A program made the position numbers and the translations under genes. Below, piece by piece: positions 17,723 to 26,443 of a stretch of DNA of 64,000 bases (position 1 is its first letter; each line of letters begins with the position of its first letter). The notes under the pieces are model-generated. The model did no database searches. It saw only the letters and a list, made by a program, of their open reading frames with translations, and was not told where the DNA came from. The DNA is taken from assembly GCA_964583685.1 (NCBI GenBank), contig CAZOVJ010000002.1:213862-277861 (forward strand), written 5' to 3'. This stretch comes from an uncultured Gammaproteobacteria bacterium (lineage in GTDB: Bacteria; Patescibacteriota; Microgenomatia; UBA8517).

Positions 17723-19468
17723 ATGTCTGAACAAGGAGAAGGACCGGAGATAATACCTGCTGGTGGGTCGTGGAGCCCGGAGACAATAAAGAGGACAGCC
17801 GAGGCAACAAAGGTTAAAGGCTACGGCCCCATTCGCCCGGGAGGGGAGAAGGAGCAAATCCCGCGTATAGAAATTGATACAGGCCCCCTGGCAGACCAGG
17901 TAAAGGAGTTAATAAAAGGCCAGGAGGGTTTATTGGCTACTTTTGAAGCTCAACGTTTATCAACTGAGCAGCTTCTTGGGCTCTCACAAAAACAGAGTGA
18001 TGAATTAGTCAGAAGTTTGCAAAAGTTGCCGACCAGTCAAGAACGAGCACGGTGGGTGGACGTAGAATATAACCGTCTATTTTATACAAGATTTACTCCC
18101 AACATCGAGCCAAGATTTTACACAGAGATTTCCGATCCAGAAGAGAGAGCATTGTGGGACGCCAGATGGCAACTTGCCCGGGCCGCTTACTTTAAGCTGG
18201 CAACAACCGCCTTTCCCGATAAGTATGTAGAAAATGCAGACATTCAGCTTTTAAGCAATGAGCAGCTGGGGAGGCTTTATAAAATGCCCGGGGTTAAGCC
18301 AATGCTAAAGGCGTATGCAGAGGCAATAGTTGGAAAAAGAAAAGTGGTTGTTGAGAAGGATGGTGAAGACGAGACAATAACAATCTGGGATTGTAAAAGC
18401 ATGGCGGATTTTGAAAAATTCCGGACAAAATTGAGAGGGGAAAGTTTATCTATTGATGAACAGATGAAGGATGCAGTAGAAAGGGAAATAGAGAAACGAG
18501 AGCGTTCGGAATCAAGAAAGCTTAATGAAAGAGAAAGAAGAGAAACCAGAAAGCTTTTGGAAAAGGAGGCGGATGCGGTTGCCTTTAACCTATTTTGGGT
18601 TTCTAATCAAATAGAATCCTCTAATAGTCGTTATTCTGATGCCGGTAAGTTTCATAGATTACCTGGCGGAATGGCCTCACTGGAATTTTGGAGTGTGATG
18701 CATCCACAGGAGAGATTTGAGATTAAGGTCGAGCATTCTCAGAATTGGGGAGCGTTTAGTACTTGGGGAATTGAACAAATAGAAAGATTTAAAAATGAGG
18801 TGGGTTTTGACGATGATGATAAGGATAATAAGATAGAATTTCAAGCCGCTCCACGAGATAAATATTGGGAAAGGGGTCCAACAACAGAGCTTCCCGAAAA
18901 AAAGGGTAAGGTTTATACAATTTATGCCCCAGAATGTTATCCGATACTCACTTGTAGAAGTCTTTTTGAACATACCCGAGAGGAGGGGGGGAGTAAAAAA
19001 ACACTTTTGGAGCGCTTCTCAAAGGGCGGAGATGTAATCTGGGGAGATATTGGGGCAGACGCAGCAGTAAGGTGGCTTACCAGTAAATTTAACAAAGCGG
19101 TACCGCTTCTTGAGTATTATAATCCCGGAAAACCGTTCGAAAGGCGAGATTTCGGTTGGGGAAAGACATGGGCAGACCCTTTGAAAGAATTACTCGAAGC
19201 CCGTTTGAAATTGAACAAGGCCCTGGAAGGCCCCAAAGGGAAAGAAAGAAAGGAAGGATCCATACTGGGGATAACCCACCAGACCTATCACAACCTAAAA
19301 GTTTGGGCCATTTATGCTGCTCATGGGGGTGTGGCCTTTCCAGACAAAAGAGAACCGACACTAAATCTACCGGGTCTTCCGGGGAATGAGCAATTAATAT
19401 TAGGGAGGGCGCTGCGCCACGAAAAAGTTGAATATTTGGATATGCATGAAGGCTTCAGAATAGAATAA
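17723..19468 (+). CDS. Hypothetical protein (581 aa, charged coiled-coil middle, W/G-rich C-terminal region)
   Basis: Long ORF immediately downstream of the zinc-ribbon protein; no recognisable motifs. Confidence 0.5.
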   Translation: MSEQGEGPEIIPAGGSWSPETIKRTAEATKVKGYGPIRPGGEKEQIPRIEIDTGPLADQVKELIKGQEGLLATFEAQRLSTEQLLGLSQKQSDELVRSLQKLPTSQERARWVDVEYNRLFYTRFTPNIEPRFYTEISDPEERALWDARWQLARAAYFKLATTAFPDKYVENADIQLLSNEQLGRLYKMPGVKPMLKAYAEAIVGKRKVVVEKDGEDETITIWDCKSMADFEKFRTKLRGESLSIDEQMKDAVEREIEKRERSESRKLNERERRETRKLLEKEADAVAFNLFWVSNQIESSNSRYSDAGKFHRLPGGMASLEFWSVMHPQERFEIKVEHSQNWGAFSTWGIEQIERFKNEVGFDDDDKDNKIEFQAAPRDKYWERGPTTELPEKKGKVYTIYAPECYPILTCRSLFEHTREEGGSKKTLLERFSKGGDVIWGDIGADAAVRWLTSKFNKAVPLLEYYNPGKPFERRDFGWGKTWADPLKELLEARLKLNKALEGPKGKERKEGSILGITHQTYHNLKVWAIYAAHGGVAFPDKREPTLNLPGLPGNEQLILGRALRHEKVEYLDMHEGFRIE

Positions 19469-19469
19469 T

Positions 19470-19649
19470 TTATTTCTTAACAACCCTCTTTATTATTCTG
19501 GCTATTGTTAGGTCTGTTCCGCTTCGTCTGCCAGCAGCCCAGGCAGATTCTTCAATTATTCGAATAGCTTTCTCATAACCGTATTTTTTAAACATTTTTA
19601 CCAATTCCCTTTCCACGCCCTTGGCAGCGGTATTTCTTTGTATACTCAT
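19470..19649 (-). CDS. Small protein (59 aa) translationally coupled to VirB6-like gene (TAAATG)
   Basis: MSIQRNTAAKGVERELVKMFKKYGYEKAIRIIEESAWAAGRRSGTDLTIARIIKRVVKK; ATG directly abuts upstream stop; below ORF-track size cut-off. Confidence 0.25.
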   Translation of the reverse strand: MSIQRNTAAKGVERELVKMFKKYGYEKAIRIIEESAWAAGRRSGTDLTIARIIKRVVKK

Positions 19650-21311
19650 TTATTGTTTTTTAAGCCCCAGCAGCCTCCTGGCTGTGCGGGCGATAGCAAT
19701 CTTCCGGCCCACATCTTGTCCAGCGCCTCTCTCGCCTTCTTCTAAGGCCTGAATTCCCATTTCTGCACCGTATAAACCTCCCCATTTACCCACCTGGCGG
19801 GATGGGCCAAAAGTTTCTCCTATTGCCGCACCGAAGGGGAAGGGTTTGCCTTCAATAAGCGAGCGAATCAAATTTCCGGCAGAAGGAACAAGGAAAAGAA
19901 TGACCAGAGAGACAAGAAAACCCACAAGAGCGGGGCTTCCCCAAAATCCCGGAAGTGAAATAAGGTCCGAAGAAATTGTGTTGTTGCTAAGATCAAAGAG
20001 ATCAAGGCCGCTGCTGCTAAATGGCCCAAGCTTAAGAGGAACTGTTGCCCAAAAGAAGTAGTGAGATAGAAAGAGCATAATAATAATCGTTGGATAGACA
20101 GCAGCATTGGCAAGCAGGTTTTTTAGCCAAGAACCAATTCCTCCAAAGCCAGGAAAGGCACCAAGAAGTAGGATTAAAGGGCCGGCAATTATTAAGAGGA
20201 GAAGGTTGATAAAGGTTTTAACTTGGAGCCAGACGATACGAATTACAGCGACAAGCAGAGCAATGAAGATTAATAGGAGCATTACTAAACCCATGATAGC
20301 CCCGACGACCGCGCCAGCCCCCATCGCATACCCCGCTCCTATGATTGCAGCCCCCCCGACAAGAGGCACAGTAGCGGCAATCAACAATGAGAGGCAAATC
20401 GCAAGGAGAGAGGGGCCTCCTATCATTTCTTGAATTAGCCTTCCCAAATCGAGATAGCTGATATCTGTGCCAACAGATTTCACACATACTCCTACTGCCG
20501 CGACGACAACATAAGAGAGGTCTATTACAAGACCGGCAATAGCATAGGAGAAAGCAATTAAAATCAAGACAAGTATTAATCGGGGGAGGGCAGATTGAAT
20601 GGTGATTACTGTTTGGGGCGAGATTTTGACCCGGAACATAATCATAAAGGCAATAGCCACAAAAACAAGAACCATTAAGAAGTAGGCTATATTACTGGTT
20701 GCCTTCCAAAGGGACTGAATGGGTTGGAGGTTTCTAAAACCGTAGCCTTGGGCACGGGCCTCAGGGATGATGTGGAGACGCGAGGCTGCGTCAGCCAGAT
20801 ACTGGACACCCGAGGCAGGATGATTTGTTGAAAAGGAATCACCGACAGCGGCCAAGGTGAGTATTGGCCCTAATGAAGGGAGAGATGATTGATCAGGAGA
20901 CTCTGTGTTTTCTTGCTGATTTCCTATTAAACTTGGAACGATTACATTTAAACAGTCTCTTACCATCTCAAGATTACCGCTTTTACCTTCGGCCAAACAC
21001 CTGCTTACTTCCTCGTCGTTGGCAATTATTGTTAATGAATGTCCTATCCAGGCAACCTGGGCATAGGTATAGCGCTCGCCGAAGATTTCAGTTGGGTTAT
21101 CCGGATCAAAGACCCTGAGAACAAAATCGGCAAAATCTGGATTATACCAGGGCCTTGGCTCCTCCTGAGCCCTGGCAACGGACACGGTAAAAGAAATCAA
21201 GAGAAAGCAGGCAAGGAGAATCGAGACAAGCAGTTTTTTGGGCATAGCAAAATTATAATAACATATCTTATCGCCCAGGGGGGAGATGACCTTCGTCAAT
21301 CCACATTGCAA
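19650..21311 (-). CDS. VirB6/TrbL-like polytopic membrane protein
   Basis: Signal/anchor, periplasmic N-domain, at least 6 TM in Gly/Ala-rich core; location next to pilin array and SLT protein. Confidence 0.45.
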   Translation of the reverse strand: MQCGLTKVISPLGDKICYYNFAMPKKLLVSILLACFLLISFTVSVARAQEEPRPWYNPDFADFVLRVFDPDNPTEIFGERYTYAQVAWIGHSLTIIANDEEVSRCLAEGKSGNLEMVRDCLNVIVPSLIGNQQENTESPDQSSLPSLGPILTLAAVGDSFSTNHPASGVQYLADAASRLHIIPEARAQGYGFRNLQPIQSLWKATSNIAYFLMVLVFVAIAFMIMFRVKISPQTVITIQSALPRLILVLILIAFSYAIAGLVIDLSYVVVAAVGVCVKSVGTDISYLDLGRLIQEMIGGPSLLAICLSLLIAATVPLVGGAAIIGAGYAMGAGAVVGAIMGLVMLLLIFIALLVAVIRIVWLQVKTFINLLLLIIAGPLILLLGAFPGFGGIGSWLKNLLANAAVYPTIIIMLFLSHYFFWATVPLKLGPFSSSGLDLFDLSNNTISSDLISLPGFWGSPALVGFLVSLVILFLVPSAGNLIRSLIEGKPFPFGAAIGETFGPSRQVGKWGGLYGAEMGIQALEEGERGAGQDVGRKIAIARTARRLLGLKKQ

Positions 21312-23889
21312 CTCCGTGACAATAGGTTATCCCGGCCCCCCAGCGGATCACTCCGATATCGACGTAGCCCCCACGTTCCCTGGTTTCCTCATCGCTGCAG
21401 CCAATAGTTCCACCATAGTTGCCAACATAAACCATGTCTCCCCCAAGAGTCACCTTTCCATTACTGTCATACTCGAGCTGGATGCCCCGGCCGCCATATG
21501 TAGGGTCAGAGGGATTAAATCTACCGTATTTTTTCCAAAGTAAGATGCGCGCAGCCAGTTCCAGAGCATCAGAGGCTTCGCAAGGGTTTAAGAAATTGGG
21601 ACTGTTGGGGTTCTGTTCGTCTGTTGTCGTCACGCCATAGTAGGCACCGCGACCGATTTGTACAGGACCGCAGTAAGAAGAGCGTAGTTCGTAGGTATCC
21701 CATTCCCCACAGAGCTCACCCTTTTTCGAGGGTTTACATGGGCCTGATTGGCTACCATTGCTTTCGATTTGCCAGATAGCCTCAAGGACTTCTGCTGGCA
21801 CATCGTATCTGACGGCAATACCGGCCAGGTCCTGAGAAATCGGATGAGGAAAGCCAGAGATTGTTTCGCCAAAGTCTTGAGGCCGTAAAGCCTTTTGGAT
21901 TCCCTTTAAAAAATATTCATAGATTCCACCAAGATGGGGGATAAAAATATTAGCCCTTTCACCAGACCTGTTATTGGATGGATTTCCGGCCAGAACTTCG
22001 ACACCATCAGTAGTTGATGAATAACGGGCAGTAGTTACTCCAGGCAAATCCATAAGCTCAACTTGCTCCAGAAGACCTTTGGGATAAAGTCGTTTATAAA
22101 TAGATTGTTCCCCGGCCACCAGCTTGTCCCAGACCTCGTCAGCCTTGGGCGTTCTGGTATAAACAGAAAGAGCAACATAAACATCTTTTTCGCAAATGTC
22201 TACAGTGGACTGACGCCGGCATTGATCAATTTCCTCTTGGGAAGGAGGGGTACCCCCGGGAAGTCGTCCTTGAAGTTGGTGAATACAATTTCGATACCTA
22301 CTTTCATCAAGTTCTGCCTCATCAGCCCCACCGAAATCACAAGTAAATTTGGCGGTATAACGGATAGTTCCGGACATTTGTTCATCTGTGTCTTCGTTTG
22401 CAGAGATCGCTTGTTCATGGTATTCACCAAAAAGGTCGTCGCCTGAATTCCAGCGGGCATTTTCTAAATCGCAATAATCGGTGTCATAAAACTTGACCTT
22501 TTCCGTCAGTACTCCCAGGGTTTCTCCTCCAATAGCGGCACTATCTTGGTCACTTCTGACCTTGGGTATCTTGGGTTTTTTGCCTGGAACATAGGTTTTT
22601 TGCAGCAGATTGGCTAAATCGGAAACCTCTTCCATGTGGCTAAAGTAAAGATTGTGGAAATCGCTATCTGGATAATCCTCGTAGTCTGGGGAATCAGGTT
22701 CAAAAGTTACATCCGTAACCTCGACATCGTTCTCAAGATTAATTTCCGGCTGGCTGGTGGCTGAAAGGTCAGCAATAACCTGTCCCTTTCTATTCTCGGT
22801 GGAGGAATAGGGGATATAGGGAAAGAGGTAGGAGAAAAGGCGTCGGTCACTAAGAGGATCGTCGATGCAGAAGTAGATTGGTAACCCAAAGACTCCAAGA
22901 TGGGGAGTACAAACTTTTCCTCTCCATCTTAGATAATCCCGCCAGTAATCGATAAAATTTGAATAATCTTCTTCACGAGGAGGGAGATAGTTAATCCATT
23001 CGCTAAGGCGATATTTGTTTTCAGAGAAAAAGAGGTTTGCAAATAGAGTCTGTAATGCTGGAGCTAGATTTTCACCAACCAAATTTTTGGTTGCCGGTTC
23101 ATAGCAAGGAACCTGGACTTCAGGATTAAGCGGAAAAAGAGCGCCGGGCTCTGCGGTGCAGACGACTATTTGATTATGTCTAAAAGAAGTAACCTCGAAT
23201 TCCTGGGTTAGACGGGCATTGGCTATCTGCTGAAATCGTGCATCGGCTTGAACGCGCCAGGGAAGGAGTTTGTTTAAGGGGCCTGAATAATCGATGAGAA
23301 GATAGCTTATTTGCTCAGGGGTATAGGGACTATAAGAGCTGACAGGCCAATTGCCAAGGGACAATTCTTCTGGCCGGTAAAGGGACCCGTTCAAATACCA
23401 ACTGACATATTCGTTCATCCTGGTGGATGGACCAAGCATATTTCCACCTAGATCACCCATCCCTTCTTGACTGTTTGGCACGAGCTGGGTGTTGCCCATG
23501 ATGGGCAGTTCGGCGTCGGATAAGCCTATGGAGACATAGGCTGTTTCCTGGGATTCGTAATAGCAGGTTCGCGAGCCATCAGGACCTATTTTGCAGCTCC
23601 CGGTAGCTGGGGTAACGGTGAAGGTTTTTTTGATAATCAGGTCATTGCCGCAATAAAGCTTGGTTTCTTTAACTTCCCTATCACAGGGGCTGGCTTGGTA
23701 GGGCCGGAGAGAATGAAACTCGTCATCATCAGTTATTTCGTTTGTTTCATTACAGGGAACATAAGGCTCAGGAACCTGGGCAAAGGTAGAAGCAGGGAAT
23801 ACCAAATGCGAAGTACCAAATGCGAAGTACCAAATGAAGATAGTTATCGTATCTCGTATCTCGTATCTCGTGGTTTTGGGCAGACTCAT
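21268..23889 (-). CDS. Large secreted Cys-rich surface protein with C-terminal lytic-transglycosylase (SLT/VirB1-like) domain
   Basis: 873 aa; signal peptide; ...VPAEVLEAIWQIESNGSQSG... SLT-type catalytic ES motif; many Cys. Confidence 0.55.
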   Translation of the reverse strand: MSLPKTTRYEIRDTITIFIWYFAFGTSHLVFPASTFAQVPEPYVPCNETNEITDDDEFHSLRPYQASPCDREVKETKLYCGNDLIIKKTFTVTPATGSCKIGPDGSRTCYYESQETAYVSIGLSDAELPIMGNTQLVPNSQEGMGDLGGNMLGPSTRMNEYVSWYLNGSLYRPEELSLGNWPVSSYSPYTPEQISYLLIDYSGPLNKLLPWRVQADARFQQIANARLTQEFEVTSFRHNQIVVCTAEPGALFPLNPEVQVPCYEPATKNLVGENLAPALQTLFANLFFSENKYRLSEWINYLPPREEDYSNFIDYWRDYLRWRGKVCTPHLGVFGLPIYFCIDDPLSDRRLFSYLFPYIPYSSTENRKGQVIADLSATSQPEINLENDVEVTDVTFEPDSPDYEDYPDSDFHNLYFSHMEEVSDLANLLQKTYVPGKKPKIPKVRSDQDSAAIGGETLGVLTEKVKFYDTDYCDLENARWNSGDDLFGEYHEQAISANEDTDEQMSGTIRYTAKFTCDFGGADEAELDESRYRNCIHQLQGRLPGGTPPSQEEIDQCRRQSTVDICEKDVYVALSVYTRTPKADEVWDKLVAGEQSIYKRLYPKGLLEQVELMDLPGVTTARYSSTTDGVEVLAGNPSNNRSGERANIFIPHLGGIYEYFLKGIQKALRPQDFGETISGFPHPISQDLAGIAVRYDVPAEVLEAIWQIESNGSQSGPCKPSKKGELCGEWDTYELRSSYCGPVQIGRGAYYGVTTTDEQNPNSPNFLNPCEASDALELAARILLWKKYGRFNPSDPTYGGRGIQLEYDSNGKVTLGGDMVYVGNYGGTIGCSDEETRERGGYVDIGVIRWGAGITYCHGVAMWIDEGHLPPGR

Positions 23890-23896
23890 TTTGGCC

Positions 23897-24220
23897 CTAT
23901 TGGTAAATTTTGAATCTAAGAATTCCTGTCACTCCGGTGAAGTCAGCAATGAAGCGGAGGACGAGATAAGAAAGGGCAATAAAGACCAGGCCGGCGATGG
24001 CATAGGTCAGGGTCTTTTTTGCTCCTTCTAAGGCTTTTGGTTCTCCAGCGGCAGTGATGAACTTGAATCCTCCGAGAACAAGCATGATAAAAAAAACAAT
24101 CCCTACTATTCCCAAGATGGCTGAGATGACATTAGCAAACGAACCTTCAAGGCCCTCTAATGTAGCAATGCCACCTTGGGTTTTAATCACTGCTGCCTGA
24201 ATTGTCTTTGCCCTTAACAT
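23897..24220 (-). CDS. VirB2/TrbC-like pilin paralog 1
   Basis: Signal-like N-term, two hydrophobic helices, shared motif LVLGGFKFITAAGEPKALEGAKKTLTYAIAGLVFI. Confidence 0.5.
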   Translation of the reverse strand: MLRAKTIQAAVIKTQGGIATLEGLEGSFANVISAILGIVGIVFFIMLVLGGFKFITAAGEPKALEGAKKTLTYAIAGLVFIALSYLVLRFIADFTGVTGILRFKIYQ

Positions 24221-24318
24221 AATTGCACCCCAGCTATGTGTTGTGTTCTAAGTTTAGCCCAAGAAGAGAACTTCAAGCAAGTTGCTGGTTCTCAAAATTT
24301 TTATAATTCGAGTAGTTG

Positions 24319-24702
24319 TTATTGTATAGAAGGAATTGTAAGTCCCCCAAGAATATCAATGCCAAAGAAGGTTTCTATTAATTTAATAATTGCCCAGGCG
24401 GCAAAGACGATGACCAAGCCAACCAGGGCAGCGGTAATCTGGTTTCTGGCCGTTTCTGTTTGAGCCTTATCTCCACCAGAGACTATCCAGCGGATTCCTC
24501 CGACGACTAGGATGAAGAAGAAGACAACTGCGGCAACAACCATGGCAAACTTGATAGCACCTGATATGATTCCGGGGACGGTGATTTTTGACAAATCTAC
24601 AGCCAAACCCTCACCACTAGGCGAAAGGTCTATTGTTGTATTTGTATCGGATGTACCACTACCAGCTGCTGCGTGGATTATATTAGACAGAAAACTAAAC
24701 AT
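24319..24702 (-). CDS. VirB2/TrbC-like pilin paralog 2
   Basis: Motif LVVGGIRWIVSGGDKAQTETARNQITAALVGLVIVFAAWAIIKLIE. Confidence 0.5.
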   Translation of the reverse strand: MFSFLSNIIHAAAGSGTSDTNTTIDLSPSGEGLAVDLSKITVPGIISGAIKFAMVVAAVVFFFILVVGGIRWIVSGGDKAQTETARNQITAALVGLVIVFAAWAIIKLIETFFGIDILGGLTIPSIQ

Positions 24703-24716
24703 TTCCTTAGCTAATA

Positions 24717-25058
24717 TTATTGAATCTTCAATGGACCGATGTCAAGGGTTAAAATGTTGGTGCCAAAGAAGGATTCAACAAGCTTGATAATGGCAAAGCT
24801 GGAGAAGAGAATGACAATACCTACCAGGGCATTAACTACTTTCCCGCGGGCTTGTTCAACCGCTGCTTTATCACCGCCAGAGGTTATCCACTGAATGGCG
24901 CCGATAACCAGGATAAAAAAGAAAATGATAACGCCAATGACAAAGATTAAACCAACTAGATTAGGAAGTAACCTTTGAAGAAATCCGATTCCTCCCTCTG
25001 TCTGTAAAATTTCTTGGAGATTGTCAGAGAGAGCGGGGTTTGTAATCGGGTTTTCCAT
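24717..25058 (-). CDS. VirB2/TrbC-like pilin paralog 3
   Basis: Motif LVIGAIQWITSGGDKAAVEQARGKVVNALVGIVILFSSFAIIKLVE. Confidence 0.5.
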   Translation of the reverse strand: MENPITNPALSDNLQEILQTEGGIGFLQRLLPNLVGLIFVIGVIIFFFILVIGAIQWITSGGDKAAVEQARGKVVNALVGIVILFSSFAIIKLVESFFGTNILTLDIGPLKIQ

Positions 25059-25059
25059 T

Positions 25060-25455
25060 TTAGCCTCCCATCCTACCGATTGTGTTAATGATTTCTGCTG
25101 GGTTAAGAATCAAATCAAAGCCAAGGATTTTACCAATCAGCTCGATGAGGAAAATGGCGGCAATAACAATGACCAGCCCGACCAACCCGTTGGTAATACT
25201 TTTTTTGGCTGATTCCATGGCTGCCTTGTCTCCACCAGCAGCCATGATACCGATAGCACCGATGAAGAGGATAATGATAAACCAGATGGCGGCAATCATG
25301 GTCATGATGCCGATAGTGCCGGATAGGACTTTGTTTAAAAGCCCAGGAGCTGCACTTGCCTCCTTTCCTTCAAGGCCAAGGGGGCCTATTCCCCTAAGCA
25401 TGTCGTCTGGATAAAGCTTAATCTCTGCTAACAATTGTCCTGATAAACTATTCAT
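25060..25455 (-). CDS. VirB2/TrbC-like pilin paralog 4
   Basis: Motif LFIGAIGIMAAGGDKAAMESAKKSITNGLVGLVIVIAAIFLIELI. Confidence 0.5.
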   Translation of the reverse strand: MNSLSGQLLAEIKLYPDDMLRGIGPLGLEGKEASAAPGLLNKVLSGTIGIMTMIAAIWFIIILFIGAIGIMAAGGDKAAMESAKKSITNGLVGLVIVIAAIFLIELIGKILGFDLILNPAEIINTIGRMGG

Positions 25456-25805
25456 GGTGTAGGTATCGCTGGTTTAAGAAAAGCGGTTGGGTCTCCAAGT
25501 AAAAGCTGGCCAAAGATGGCGGCCAAACTAAAAGAACCGAGAACAACAGCCAGGCCCAAAAGAGTTTGCCAAATCTTGGCCCAGGCACCAGCTATTTTTT
25601 GGGTATCATCACCAGCATTTAAAAAAGCATAGCCGGCCAGAATTAGGTTGATAATCCCGTAAATTCCGGCAACGACAATCAGAAAGTTGAAGATTAGATT
25701 GATAAATTTACCAATCGCTCCACTCTCAACATCGCCGTATTTTGAGGTCATAGTGTCAGGCAGTTTTATTGTGCCAAAGGGACTCTGGCTTAATAGTTTT
25801 CTCAT
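25452..25805 (-). CDS. VirB2/TrbC-like pilin paralog 5 (more divergent)
   Basis: Two hydrophobic helices; LILAGYAFLNAGDDTQKIAGAWAKIWQTLLGLAVVLG. Confidence 0.45.
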   Translation of the reverse strand: MRKLLSQSPFGTIKLPDTMTSKYGDVESGAIGKFINLIFNFLIVVAGIYGIINLILAGYAFLNAGDDTQKIAGAWAKIWQTLLGLAVVLGSFSLAAIFGQLLLGDPTAFLKPAIPTP

Positions 25806-26116
25806 CCGAGTATAGTTGCTCCGGTGAGCAATTCAATTAATCTTACTATCCAATAGGCAGCAAAAACAACAATGAATCCGATAACCGCCCCGGTTATTGC
25901 CTGTTTGCCCTTAGCTGCTTGTTCAGGATTGTTTGTTCCCGCACTCATCATCAAGGAGAAGCCGCCAAAAATTAAAAGAAGAATGAGCAGGATTCCGGCA
26001 ATGGCAATGGCCGCTTTCAGCACCACTGAGACTAAACTGCCAACCCCGGTCAGTTGACTAAGAAAATGACCGCTCGTTCCAAAAAACTGTTGGCCAATGT
26101 CAAAACCCTGCTTCAT
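25802..26116 (-). CDS. VirB2/TrbC-like pilin paralog 6
   Basis: LLIFGGFSLMMSAGTNNPEQAAKGKQAITGAVIGFIVVFAAYWIVRLIE. Confidence 0.5.
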   Translation of the reverse strand: MKQGFDIGQQFFGTSGHFLSQLTGVGSLVSVVLKAAIAIAGILLILLLIFGGFSLMMSAGTNNPEQAAKGKQAITGAVIGFIVVFAAYWIVRLIELLTGATILG

Positions 26117-26120
26117 TTTT

Positions 26121-26435
26121 TTACTGAAAAATACTTTTTATTCCTTCTAATCCAAGAATCAAGCTAGCGGCCTGGGTTATCCAGTAAGCAAGAAAGATGA
26201 TAACAAAGCCAAGAATAGCATAGGTTATCTTGTTTTTTGCCTCCTGCATCCCCTTGGGATCGCCAAGTGAAGTTATCAGTTGAAATCCTCCAAATAAGAG
26301 ATAAAGGAGAACCAAAATTCCGGCTCCGGCAAAAATATATGTAAGCAGGCTACTGATGATGTCGCCGATAGTTCCTCCACCGAACTTAAAACCAGGGATA
26401 TATTGCTGTAGCTTGCCAAAATTGATTCCTTCCAT
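26121..26435 (-). CDS. VirB2/TrbC-like pilin paralog 7
   Basis: YLLFGGFQLITSLGDPKGMQEAKNKITYAILGFVIIFLAYWITQ. Confidence 0.5.
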   Translation of the reverse strand: MEGINFGKLQQYIPGFKFGGGTIGDIISSLLTYIFAGAGILVLLYLLFGGFQLITSLGDPKGMQEAKNKITYAILGFVIIFLAYWITQAASLILGLEGIKSIFQ

Positions 26436-26443
26436 AAGATGAT

